Source: Eledone cirrhosa (lineage: Eukaryota). From it: 64,000 bases of DNA. The notes under the pieces were generated by a model, which did no database searches, was not told the origin of the DNA, and saw nothing but the letters and a program-made list of their open reading frames with translations. The position numbers were made by a program, and so were the translations under genes. Every line of letters starts with the position of its first letter. Position 1 is the stretch's first letter. The stretch is from the NCBI GenBank assembly GCA_964016885.1, contig OZ024741.1, positions 375,162,001-375,226,000 on the forward strand, in the 5' to 3' direction. Shown here in pieces: positions 25,309-37,928 of this stretch.

Positions 25309-25668
25309 TCAAATGTCACTAAAAGCCAGGTGGTCGATAACAACTTCTATAAGATTAGTTACATGCTCACACATTGGATCACCTCTCATCAATGGCATTG
25401 GGTGTCTGAGATAATCGTGGAGATAACTGATGAAGTCACAAATGAAGTCATGGTCTTCCAGTGTGAACAACTCCCTATATCCATTGATATATGTGATGGC
25501 TTCCGATTCATAGGTGCATTTTATGAGGAATTCCATGCATCCGATTTTCAGTGATTCAATGGGCATTTTATCAGAGATGATAAGGTATTTGACCACGTTT
25601 TTCTTTGTAAGTAAATTGGAGAGAATCACTACAGTCAAAGTCATTTCTTTGCATGGGTTTTTGTCCAT
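25309..25668 (-). CDS. BTB/BACK (SPOP-like C-terminal) helical protein fragment
   Basis: LSNLLTKKNVVKYLIISDKMPIESLKIGCMEFL fits the BTB-BACK pattern L..eNv...L..ad.y....Lk..C..fi; a pyrimidine-rich AG acceptor lies just upstream, so this may be a last exon. Confidence 0.5.
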   Translation of the reverse strand: MDKNPCKEMTLTVVILSNLLTKKNVVKYLIISDKMPIESLKIGCMEFLIKCTYESEAITYINGYRELFTLEDHDFICDFISYLHDYLRHPMPLMRGDPMCEHVTNLIEVVIDHLAFSDI

Positions 25669-25941
25669 TCTAAAAAGTTAAAATGATAAAGTATTACTAC
25701 TATATAACTTACATCTATTGTTGTAATACAATTGAAATGCACAAGTTTCACCATTTCACTATTATGCACTAATCATCTCAAATGCATTCATGATTTACTA
25801 GCTTTGTCATTAAGCCAGTTGCCTCAACTAGATTGCAATTATACTCAAAAGAACTTTAAAATGTCAATCATTTGTCAGTAATTCACTATGATCATTTAGT
25901 TATTAGATAGTTGTTGCTTGCATTGCCTTAAAAAATAGTAG

Positions 25942-27002
25942 ACCAGATAAAAAAATGCGTACAGCAAAAAAAAGTAATATTGTGGGAATATAAAACTTTA
26001 AAAATACAGGACAAGAAACTAAAATAAAACTTTAAAAGAATAGGACAAGAAACTAAGATAAAACTTTAAAGATTTGGACAAGAAATAAAAAGTTTTACAA
26101 TAATATTAGTGGCAAAATTTTTTTATTCGTTTCCTGTGCTATGCCCCAGTATCTTCTTGATTAGTGCATAATAATTGTCATGCTCTCATTGTGCGTTGCC
26201 CCTGAGCGGTTGGTTCTGGTTGGGGTTGGTTGGCTGAGCAGTTCTGCTCCGTCAGAATGACCATTGCAAGAAGAATTGGCCGATGCAGCTGCAGGTCTCC
26301 TCCAAGAATGCACTTCTGGTCCCGCAACACCAGACGAAGATGGAGAAGACGACCGGGACAAGATGTCGACTCTGACCACCGACTACGGCATCTCCCTCAA
26401 CCACCGGTCCTCCCTCCCTCTGTCCCGTCATCCCTCCAGTCCTCCTGCTCCCCCTTCCTGTACAAGAAAGCTGTGGCACGCATTCATCTGGACTGCCGGA
26501 TTTGAACTCAATGACAAGATGCAAGGAGAAGATGGACGGGTTGGTCAAGATCAAGGATGAGTGGGACGACAAGACCGTCCGCTGCTGCTCAAGATCTGTG
26601 CTCATGGGCCCATGGGTCCATTCACATTATGCATGACACATGAGGCGTGTCGCCGAATGATGAAATAGGGGTATGGTTATGGCCCAATTGGTGTTCAAAC
26701 CAGGATCAAATGATCCCCCCGGTCTGACGACGACCTCTGAATGTGGAACCCAGAGCCTATGAAGGTGGAACTCGATTTTTTACCAATAACAATTTTGCCA
26801 CTAATATTATTGTAAAACTTTTTATTTCTTGTCCAAATCTTTAAAGTTTTATCTTAGTTTCTTGTCCTATTCTTTTAAAGTTTTATTTTAGTTTATTGTC
26901 CTATTCTTTTAAAGTTTTATTTTAGTTTCTTGTCCTGTATTTTTAAAGGTTTATATTCCAACAATATTACTTTTTTTTGCTGTACGTATTTTTCTATCTG
27001 GT
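25942..27002. repeat. ~180-210-bp inverted repeats (25942-26119 / 26791-27002) with internal ~31-bp subrepeats, enclosing a GC-rich 670-bp insert
   Basis: GGACAAGAAACTAAAATAAAACTTTAAAAGAATA units and their reverse complements. Confidence 0.85.
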
Positions 27003-27006
27003 ATAT

Positions 27007-27519
27007 ATATTTATTAAAATAACAGAATAAAGTTTAAGCAAAGAATCGCTGCTTTCACCCTTAACGGGATCTTCTGAAACTAACAAAGTCAATCTGTGAA
27101 CGCAGAAGTGAATATTTCAAAAAACGTTGCAACCGGAGGAAGACAGGAAGACAATACTTTGGTTCGTGGAAACGTTCCCTTCGTTTTTTCCGTTCATTGC
27201 CAGAGGACGTCTCTATGAACCACATAAGAGAATATTAGTCTAAGACTTCTTTTATACCATAAACGTGGTTCTGTCTTTGCGTGTAATTGTTTTTCACCGC
27301 TCCAAATAATGACGTATTATATTCGTTTTTTCCGTTCTTTGCGCCAGGGAACGTTTCCACGAACCAAAGTATCGTCTTCCTGTTTTCCTCCGGTTGCAAC
27401 GTTTTTTGAAATATTCACTTCTGCTTTTACAGATTGACTTTGTTAGTTTCAGAAGATCCCGTTAAGAGTGAAAGCAGCGATTCTTTGCTTAAACTTTAAT
27501 CTGTTATTTTAATAAATAT
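27007..27519. repeat. ~173-bp near-perfect inverted repeats (27007-27180 / 27346-27519)
   Basis: The arms are reverse complements with few mismatches; the right arm continues into the inverse of 22081-22177. Confidence 0.88.
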
Positions 27520-27612
27520 TTGCTCTACGGTTCTTATATATTTGATATATATTTATCCTTATCGAGCCCTCTTTGGATTTTAGTCTTCAAATTTTTATTA
27601 TTACTATATATA

Positions 27613-27804
27613 AGGGCGGTAGATTGGCAGTATCAGTAGAGGGTCGGACACCATGCTTTGCAGCACAGTTACGTCCCTTTACGGACTGAGTTCAAAACCC
27701 GCCGAGGTTAACTTTGCCTTTCATCCTTAAGGAGTCGATAAAATAAAGTACCAGTAATACACTGGGATAATTGCTGGCCTTGTGCCAAAAGTAGAAACAA
27801 TTAT

Positions 27805-27854
<50 letters not shown>

Positions 27855-29345
27855 CAAATACACTTAAAGGATTTAAGAATATAGAAGACAATTTCGCAAA
27901 TAACAAACTAAAGACAGTAGGGAAGTTTCTCTTATATTACTGCTGACGCTGTTTATACAGAGCTTCCGTTACATTTCTGGGATTGAGCGGGGGGGGGGGG
28001 GGGGGGTGTTTACTTAAGTATATATACTGTACATGTGTATTATTATTATTAGCTCATGCGGTGAATTGGCAATATCGATAGAGCCTCAGACACCATGCTT
28101 TGTAGCATAGAGGTACGGCTCTTTATGGTCTTAGTTCAAATCCCGCCGAGGTTAGCTTTACCTTTCATCTTTACGGGGTCGATAATATAAAGCACCTGTA
28201 ATGCACTGGGGTCGATTTAATCGACTCCCCCTCAAATTGCTGGCCTTGTACTTAAAGTAGAAACAATTATTAATATTATTAGCTCATGCTTTTTTATCAC
28301 CAATACGAGACTAAGGAAGAAATTAAAGACATTATCATACTAACATACTTATAGTTAATAGAAAATGAGTGTAGTAAAAACCAAAGCCGCCAAAGACCCT
28401 TAGTGGCGGAAGGCTTGTTATAGCTTGTCTAATAGGGAATAGTAATAATTGTTTCTACTTTAGGCACAAGGCCAGCAATTACCCAGTGCATTACTGGTAC
28501 TTTATTTTATCAACCCCGTAAGGATGAAAGGCAAAGTCAACCATGGCGGGATTTGAATTCAGATCGTAAAGGGACGTAACTATACTGGAAAGCATGGTGT
28601 CTGACCCTCTACTGATACTGCCATAATAATATCGACTGTAGATGTGTTAGTTTACTACTTTATTTTATAACTGCAGGTGAATTGGAAAGAATTGTTAAAA
28701 CAAAATCATTGAAAGATAGAGAGTAAATAAAATAACGAAGGGAGGTAATTCCTGGCGAAAGAAATTAGATGGCACAGTGTTTAAGAGACTGGGATATGGT
28801 GAAAGATTAAATCTTAAAGAAAGTGATTGACTCAAATAAATTATAATTTACCAAATCAGTGAACGGTGTCTTAACAATAGTAACAGTAACATAGCTATGT
28901 TAGAGCTACTGCTAATTAACCCCAGCCAAATCAAGCATGTACTATATGCAAATGAACATCTTCACCAGTTGTTTTATACCCAAAAGTTATATAAGCTATG
29001 TATGTATAGCCCCATAACTCCTGATAGAGTCGTAGGGGCGCAGTATTGACATATGGCCTTTTTGTGGGGAATTTTAAGTCTGGCGAAGCCCATCCGTTTC
29101 CAGGCCTGAGTACAGCAGACTTCTTTCAGAGAAAGATAGAAAGTGAGAGAGAGAGACTGAGAAAGAGAGGGGGTTAAGAGATATAGAGGAAGAAACGACC
29201 CCAGTACTAGACTGGTACTTTATTTTATCGACCTCGAAAGGATGAAAGGCAAAGATGACCTCGGCATGATTTGAGAGCAGAGAGCCGGAACAAATACCAT
29301 AAAACATTCTATCCGACGTTCTAACGACTCTACCAATTCGCCACC
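27613..29345. mobile_element. Four SINE copies (27613+, 28056+, 28443-, 29010- long variant)
   Basis: Family motifs on both strands. Confidence 0.75.
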
Positions 29346-29908
29346 CTTTATATAAGCTATAGCTTATTTTAACCTCAAGACCGAGTAAATAAACATCACT
29401 GATGATGGATAAATATCCTGAAACATTCACACGGTTATTGAGATAGCTGTGACAACTTTAAAATGGTCATTATAAGATGAAACTTATATATGCTTATTAT
29501 GCATAAATATATCTTATAAGCCTTCATATCCACCTCTATATTGAACGGCTGATATTATATATTGAAACTCGTAAAACTGGTAACACCCTTATTAAACTAT
29601 GAATCGATCACTTTTCATCATGAAGCGGATAAAGCGCCACTCCTAATTAAGTTGCGCTTCTTATTTTAATAAAGTATAAGGTTTAAATTATATCGACCAG
29701 GGGGTGGGGGTTAAACACAAAGTTCAAATATCGAATATGTAATGGCGTAAATTATCGATTCTATTACTCCTATTTCATAGTTCAAAGACAATTAATTGGA
29801 AACATTATAGAGAGATGTGTATGAGTGTATGAGAAGATTGACAACAAAAGATGAAAGTTTAGATTTCAAATAGATTATTGGATATGAATTGAGTCATCAA
29901 TATTATTA

Positions 29909-29976
<68 letters not shown>

Positions 29977-30074
29977 ACACACACATATATATATATATGC
30001 GTGTATCCTGGGTTCAATCGGGGGTAACCACTGTAAGTAAGGTACTCAATACATAGCAGAGTATAAATATTTAA

Positions 30075-30194
30075 TATAGAAATGGCTTCTACAGGACTAG
30101 AACTGTTTTATTCGAAGGAAATTATCAGGAAAGGGCTTTCCTGATGATATGCTTCGATTGAAACAGTTCTAGTCCTGTAGAAACCATTTCTATA
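30075..30194. repeat. 120-bp palindrome, 2-nt loop
   Basis: TATAGAAATGG...ATCAGGAAAG-GG-CTTTCCTGAT...CCATTTCTATA. Confidence 0.85.
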
Positions 30195-30197
30195 CTA

Positions 30198-30249
<52 letters not shown>

Positions 30250-30882
30250 ATGTACATATATATATATAGTGTATATATATATATGTGTGTGAGTGTGTGC
30301 GTGTGTGTGTGTGTGCGTGCACGCGTTTCTGTGTGTGTGTGTGTGTGGAATCCCGATGTAAATCGGGAGGCGACCACTGTTAAAAAAGGTGTTCAATACG
30401 TTAAGTCCGACACGTCGAAATTTATTTACCCCTTTCCAATATAAAGCGTGAAACTAATAAGACTTTTGTACCTTCGTTTGTAGTCTCCTTGAACTATATA
30501 TATATTGGAAAATGTGTGAGATCCTTGGTACAGTTAGGTATATTAGAAAAAAAGGAAAAGAATAATATTATATTGTAATATTATAAAATTAAATCAAATT
30601 ATTTAGTACTACAAGTGAAGTCATTCTTTTCCTTTTTTTCAAATATATATATATATAGGGAGTGTAACGCGAAGTTACTGTAGGTTCACCCAGGTGAACA
30701 CTCGATGTTTAGATTCACGTCAGTGGTGAGGTGTTGAGCTTGACAGAGTGTAATATAATAATATAATAATATAAGGATGATTTGTTAAGCCTTCATTACG
30801 TTTATTGATTGGTGACGCGCGTTTCGCGATCGGACCTCTGCTGTTATAATGACAGAATGTATTCTGTCATTACAACAGCAGA

Positions 30883-31200
30883 GGTCACCTGTCTCAGCCG
30901 TTCAGCATCATGCGCTCAGTCCGCCAGGGTTGGTCCCCTCTCGTCCCTCTTGTACGTATTGGCTCTCGAGCCGTTACTGCACAAACTGGGGGCGATGAGG
31001 GGCGTTCCACGCGAACTAGGATGCGGGAAATCCGAGTCGGCTTACGCCGACGACGTCACCATGGTGGTGTCGAGCATCAGATACGTCCAGATGCTCGGCA
31101 CCGCTCTCAAGGAATACGAAGCGGAGACAGGAGCAAAGATAAACCAGGAAAAGTCGGTGGGCTTGCAGCTCGGCACCTGGAGAGGCAAGTCCATGCCAAC
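30883..31200 (+). mobile_element. RT fragment of the same Tx1-like LINE family
   Basis: PLSSLLYVLALEPLLHKL..GVPRELGCG..SAYADDVT..INQEKS.GLQLGTWRG matches 5460-5780. Confidence 0.9.
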
Positions 31201-31737
31201 TTGTAACTATGGACAGGTGTTTGGAAAATACAATCTCTTCTTAAAAGTATGAAATATAAATCTCACTGAATTTAGAAGACTATTTTCATGGATATCTTTA
31301 TTAGACAATTCATGGTTACACAACACATACACATGCACACACGTGCATATAACCATACCTATGACTTCTAATATAAAATTGTGTTTTCTATAAGACAGTA
31401 TTTCTTTTTAAATATTGACTCACTCCACATGATAATTACTATGGTTGACACTTTATATCTAACCGTGAGCCCAGTGGCTGATCAGGCCGAATCTTGTCCT
31501 GGTTTCACTAACTTTAAACGACCCCAACAACTGGATAGGACGGTAGTCTATTTTAGTTTTAAACCCCAGCTATTGATGGTACTAATTTTAGCTGAGACGA
31601 CAACAGTAACATGAAATAAAGTGTTTTGTTCAATAACCTCACAAATCCTAAACCACCCGATGCCTTAGGAGGGCGCCCCTCTCTTCTCTAAATTAACCAG
31701 CCTACCGGCGCATGCTCAGAGTAGGCTCAGAGTAGGC

Positions 31738-32372
31738 TCAGAGTAGGGTCATGGGCCATTCTTGAAACATTCACCCACCTTTTAGCAAATTTACTGGGGG
31801 TAGGACTTCTCTCTCCACCCTCACCTTGCTTTACAAGTGAAACTTGAAAAAGTTGATGACGGATTGGCCGAAGAGAAAAATGTTTGTCTTCAGTCCTTTC
31901 CGCCTGGTCCACCACACAACCTCTTTCGCTATGGCCACAAGACAGAGGAAAACTGACCGCCTTTCCCGGCCAAAAGAAGATCGTGGAGTGGGGAGGAATC
32001 TTCACTATGGCCTCAGTCGATAGTCGGATCAGTCCTACACGCGACAACAGTTGTTCGACGTAATTCCACAAATCAGTAATGCAAGGACACTGGACGAGTG
32101 CGTGCAGAACGGTTTCGTCGTTCTGTGCCCACTTCGGGAAGGTCCGTCTGACAACACTTCCGTGTTTATGTCGAACCGGCAGTACTTCACGGTAGCACTG
32201 CCCAGCAAGGGATTTCTAGAAGTTATCCATAGTCTGCTGCCCGAAAATTCTCCGGAACAGACTGGTCAGTTCGATTTCATCGATACCAGCGCCTCTCCGA
32301 GTGCGTCGTCGCACTTGTCCACCACTAATCCTCTATAGAACTCCAGAGTTGAAGTTCCACTCACCAGATTGT
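31738..32372 (-). mobile_element. 3' ORF2 (zf-RVT) fragment of the same Tx1-like LINE family, opposite orientation
   Basis: Reverse complement matches 6335-6975 (FYRGLV, ETVLHALVQC, WNYVEQLLSRVG). Confidence 0.88.
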
Positions 32373-32995
32373 CCGTCAATGATTTCTGATTTAGGCGCAA
32401 GGCCAGCAATTTTTGGGTGAGGGGAAAGTCGATTAAATCGACCCCAGTGCTTACTGGTACTTTATATTATCGACCCCGTAAGGATGAAAAGCAAAGCTAA
32501 GTTCGGCGGGATTTGAACTCAGAATGTAAAGGGTCGTAACCTTATGCCGCGAATCATGGCGTCTGACGCTCAATCGATATTGGTAATCTAGCACCCTTTA
32601 GATGTCCAATAAAATAGCAGAGAACAATGAATCACAGTGTGGTCGCTGTACCTGCTAGAAATAGTAGCCGAACCTTCCTCAAATAACAACCTAGCATTAA
32701 AAAAAATTGAGATACGACACATTGGATCATATAGTTTTATGAATAATGAACGCAAAGAGTCGTAACTCTATGCCGTGAAGCAGGGTGTCCGACGCTCTAT
32801 AATACACATGTAAAGCATATATACTTAAGCCCCTCCAATCCCCAAACTGTAACGGAAGCTCTATAGTGTATAGTAACATGATAACTTAGTATAGTATAGT
32901 GAATTGTAAACATGCCTGACTACAATAGTGAGTTGTAAACATCGTAACACTATAATACTTATGGACATAGTAAATAGTAAATGACTAATTACGCA

Positions 32996-33049
<54 letters not shown>

Positions 33050-33140
33050 CACACACACACACACACACACGCACACACAGACACACACACAGACACAGAG
33101 ACACAGACACACAGACACACACACACATACACATATATAT

Positions 33141-33220
<80 letters not shown>

Positions 33221-33939
33221 ATATATGTATATATGTGTGTATATATATATATATTTTTTTTTTTTTATAAAATATATATATATATACACACGCGTGTATG
33301 TTTGTATATACTTATGTATGTACTATGTATATGCGTGAGTGTGTGTCTGTGTGTGTAACACGACATTTATATTAAGTATTTTACTACAATAGTCTAACAA
33401 TGACCATATATTTCAATAGATAAATATTTGATCACACCACCACCCCAACCACCAAAAACCATCAACACCACCACCACCACCATCACTTAATATAAACAAA
33501 CAATAACATATTTCTTGTTGACCATATTTATTAACCCCCTTCTTCTTCTTCTTCTTCTTCTTCTTCTTCTTCTTCTTCTTCTTCTATTCCCACCCCCCAC
33601 CCCTTTACTCTTATTGTTCGTCATGCTGTTGGTGGTGATGGGTGCTTTCCCTGTTGTAAACAAATATTAGCTTTCTTTCCACCACCACCTCCACCGTCAC
33701 CACCATATCCATCTTCACCATCTCCACCATCACCATCACCTCTACCACCAAGTCCACCATCACTACCGCTACCACCACCACCACCACCACCACCGTCACT
33801 ACCTCCACCGCTGTCACTACCACCACCTCCGCCGCCGTCATCACCATTATCCTTATCAACTCCCACCCTTATCTACCATTACAATCGAAAACTATTACTA
33901 CGTTCCTTTCCCCCCTTAATACCCTCCCCGCCTTAAACT

Positions 33940-34430
33940 GCAGGCAAGTAGGTGTGGCTGCTGTGAGGCTTAGGTTACGGTTGGTTAGGTAGATCCAATC
34001 AGAAAGCGAGCTGAGTGTGCCTAATAATGGTCTGGGGCAGAATATGAAGGACAGTTTGTCTTTGTCAGTGGCAGTTGGGTTTCAATCTTCTTGCTGGCAG
34101 AACCCAACTGTCAAAGGTATCGAGTCAGCTTCATAAAGTGGCGTGCCAGGCTCCAAGTAGCACGATCAAACCAGCCTAACTGACAACGAAACAGTCAGAC
34201 TGCCAGACAACTAGCTAAACAACATCACCAGTCTGACGACATACTGCCAGCCAGTTATTGCTGCAGAGACCGGCTGTTTGACAGGAGAACAAGGCTAAAG
34301 CATCATCAAATGAAGCATTACATGTGATGAAAACATCATAATGGAACATCAAACACGAGCAAAACCTACGAAAACTTATCAGCAGTCGAAGAAATATATA
34401 CAAGAGCGTGACGTGAGACCAGCACGTTAG
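33940..34430 (+). promoter_or_regulatory. Candidate promoter/5' UTR of the host membrane-protein gene
   Basis: Unique, GC-richer sequence with GATCCAATCAG (CCAAT box, ~33994) upstream of exon 1; inference only. Confidence 0.3.
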
Positions 34431-34454
34431 CTTACATCATTTAGAGTGAGGAGA

Positions 34455-34592
<138 letters not shown>

Positions 34593-34848
34593 GGGATAGA
34601 TAAATAGATAAATAGATAGATAGATAGAGAGAGTAGCGGCATATCAAGGAAGATCTCCAACTTATATTTTGCTCTAGTGAGGGGGAGCTGATCCAAAGCC
34701 TGAAAGAGAAAGTTAGAAAGAAAAGTGAAACTAGATTTGAATAGTTTTGTGACTGTCAACATCTCGACCGAAAGAACTCTAGATTTAGTCAGATCCACAC
34801 CATTTCCTCAGTACCACTCTCACCTGCACATATCTACCAACCAATCTC

Positions 34849-34882
34849 ATGGATACTGCGCAGTACACAACCTTTGAATCTG
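34849..34882 (+). CDS. Host gene exon 1 (MDTAQYTTFES-G)
   Basis: ATG after an in-frame TAG (34786); perfect GTAAGT donor at 34883; phase 1 matches exon 2. Confidence 0.6.
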
Positions 34883-34934
34883 GTAAGTAATTTTCAATTC
34901 CATTTATATGTTATCTAAGAAAATATTTGTATTC

Positions 34935-36745
34935 AATATATAGTATAGAATATATAGTATTGGATATATTGTATTGAATATATATTATTGAATATATAGT
35001 ATTGGATATATAGTATTGAATATATAGTAGTGAATATATAGTATTGAATATATTCTATTGAATATATAGTATTGAATATATAGTATAGAATATATAGTAT
35101 TGAATATATAGTATAGAATATATAGTATTGGATATATTGTATTGAATATATAATATTGAATATATAGTATTGGATATATAGTATTGAATATATAGTATTG
35201 AATATATAGTATTGGATATATAGTATTGAATATATAGTATTGAATATATAGTATTGAATATATAGTATTGAATATATAGTATTGAATATATAGTATTGGA
35301 TATATAGTATTGAATATATAGTATTGGATATATAGTATTGAATATATAGTATTGGATATATAGTATTGAATATATAGTATTGAATATATAGTATTGAATA
35401 TATAGTATTGAATATATTCTATTGAATATATAGTATTGAATATATTCTATTGAATATATAGTATTGAATATATAGTATTGAATATATTGTATTGAATATA
35501 TAGTATTGAATATATAGTATTGAATATATAGTATTGAATATATTGTATTGAATATATAGTATTGAATATATAGTATTGAATATATTGTATTGAATATATA
35601 GTATTGAATATATAGTATTGAATATATTCTATTGAATATATAGTATTGAATATATTGTATTGAATATATAGTATTGAATATATAGTTTTGAATATATAGT
35701 ATAGAATATATAGTATTGAATATATAGTTTGAATATATAGTATTGAATATATAGTATAGAATATATTCTATTGAATATATAGTATTGAATATATTCTATT
35801 GAATATATAGTATTGAATATATTCTATTGAATATATAGTATTGAATATATAGTATAGAATATATAGTATTGAATATATAGTATAGAATATATAGTATTGG
35901 ATATATTGTATTGAATATATAATATTGAATATATAGTATTGGATATATAGTATTGAATATATAGTATTGAATATATAGTATTGGATATATAGTATTGAAT
36001 ATATAGTATTGAATATATAGTATTGAATATATAGTATTGAATATATAGTATTGAATATATAGTATTGGATATATAGTATTGAATATATAGTATTGGATAT
36101 ATAGTATTGAATATATAGTATTGGATATATAGTATTGAATATATAGTATTGAATATATAGTATTGAATATATAGTATTGAATATATTCTATTGAATATAT
36201 AGTATTGAATATATTCTATTGAATATATAGTATTGAATATATAGTATTGAATATATTGTATTGAATATATAGTATTGAATATATAGTATTGAATATATAG
36301 TATTGAATATATTGTATTGAATATATAGTATTGAATATATAGTATTGAATATATTGTATTGAATATATAGTATTGAATATATAGTATTGAATATATTCTA
36401 TTGAATATATAGTATTGAATATATTGTATTGAATATATAGTATTGAATATATAGTTTTGAATATATAGTATAGAATATATAGTATTGAATATATAGTTTG
36501 AATATATAGTATTGAATATATAGTATAGAATATATTCTATTGAATATATAGTATTGAATATATTCTATTGAATATATAGTATTGAATATATTCTATTGAA
36601 TATATAGTATTGAATATATAGTATTGAATATATAGTATAGAATATATTCTATTGAATATATAGTATTGAATATATAGTAGTGAATATATAGTATAGAATA
36701 TATAGTATTGAATATATAGTATTGAATATATAGTATTGAATATAT
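34935..36745. repeat. 14-bp minisatellite (ATTGAATATATAGT)n with higher-order duplication
   Basis: About 130 units; the variant pattern repeats at a 769-bp offset. Confidence 0.95.
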
Positions 36746-36891
36746 TTGTGTGTATGTATGTATGTAAGTATGTGCGTGTGTGTGCGTGTGTATATATGTA
36801 TGTAATTATGCATGTATGTATGCATGTCTACTACTTTACGCGCGCCTCAAAGCGCGGGAAGACGTAAGGCTAAGGCAAAAATGTATCTATA

Positions 36892-36964
<73 letters not shown>

Positions 36965-37581
36965 GTATATGTATGTATATGTATATATATTCTTGTGTAT
37001 AAGAGCTTCTATGGTAATGATGTGTATGCCGATAAGTGTGTACAAAACTTGAAGTAGTGCGTACACGTGTATGAACATTTATCAAACAGATACACACATG
37101 CACGCACTACTTTTGTACACATTTTATACTTTTGTACACATTTTATAAATTTTGTACACATTTATACATATACGCATACACGTGTCTGAGTGTATTACTT
37201 CGCATATACACGTATATATAATATACATATACACATACATACATATACCTGTATATATATATACATTTGTAGATGCATACGTATGTGTGCATGAATGTAA
37301 ATATGCAATTATGTATAAGAATATATATTTATATTTATGTATTTTCTGCTTTTTGTGAGTATAACAGTTAAAACCCAAAACACAAAAGCTAACACGAAAC
37401 GAATTCTTTTAATGCTGAATTATACAATCAGTTATATTTCTTTATAATTAGTTACAGAGACCCGTCACAAAAGTTGACAATATATTATGTTAGATCGGGC
37501 ACCAACCTTTGACTCTGTGTATATAACTTATCTATTTTCAGTTCATATACATAAGCATGCACACAATAACACGGTAATATA

Positions 37582-37928
37582 TGAGTGTCGGCATAAAAGT
37601 TTATAGGCCGATCAAGATACCCCCCAAGGAATGACCCAATAAAGTTTATTTTTCGATATAGTCCCTGGAAAGAAATAATGTAGTTATTTATAAGAAGAGT
37701 TGAAATTAATACATGCAAGATTTCACAGTTCTAGCATCACTCCTTCATAATCAGTCTATGACCAAGATACTCTCGTGGAATGACTAAATGAGGTTTATTC
37801 TTCAACATAGTCCGCGGAAAGATTTCTTATAGTTATTTATAAGAAAGTTGAAATTAATACATACAAGATTTCACAGCTCTAGCATCACTCCTTCATAGTC
37901 AGCCTATGAACTTTTTAGCCCACCCTCA
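37582..37928 (-). mobile_element. Mariner-type MITE, same family as 20544-20885, nested in a ~45-bp minisatellite
   Basis: TIRs TGAGTGTCGGCATAAAAGTTTATAGGC / GCCTATGAACTTTTTAGCCCACCCTCA, TA flanks; surrounded by AACACGGTAATATACACCC..ACGCATG units (~37540-38170). Confidence 0.75.

Noticed and set aside
26600-26645. HUH/densovirus NS1-like motif (GSIHIMHD or VHSHY)
   Set aside because: Short match in broken frames with no helicase domain or other Rep motifs; insufficient without a profile search.
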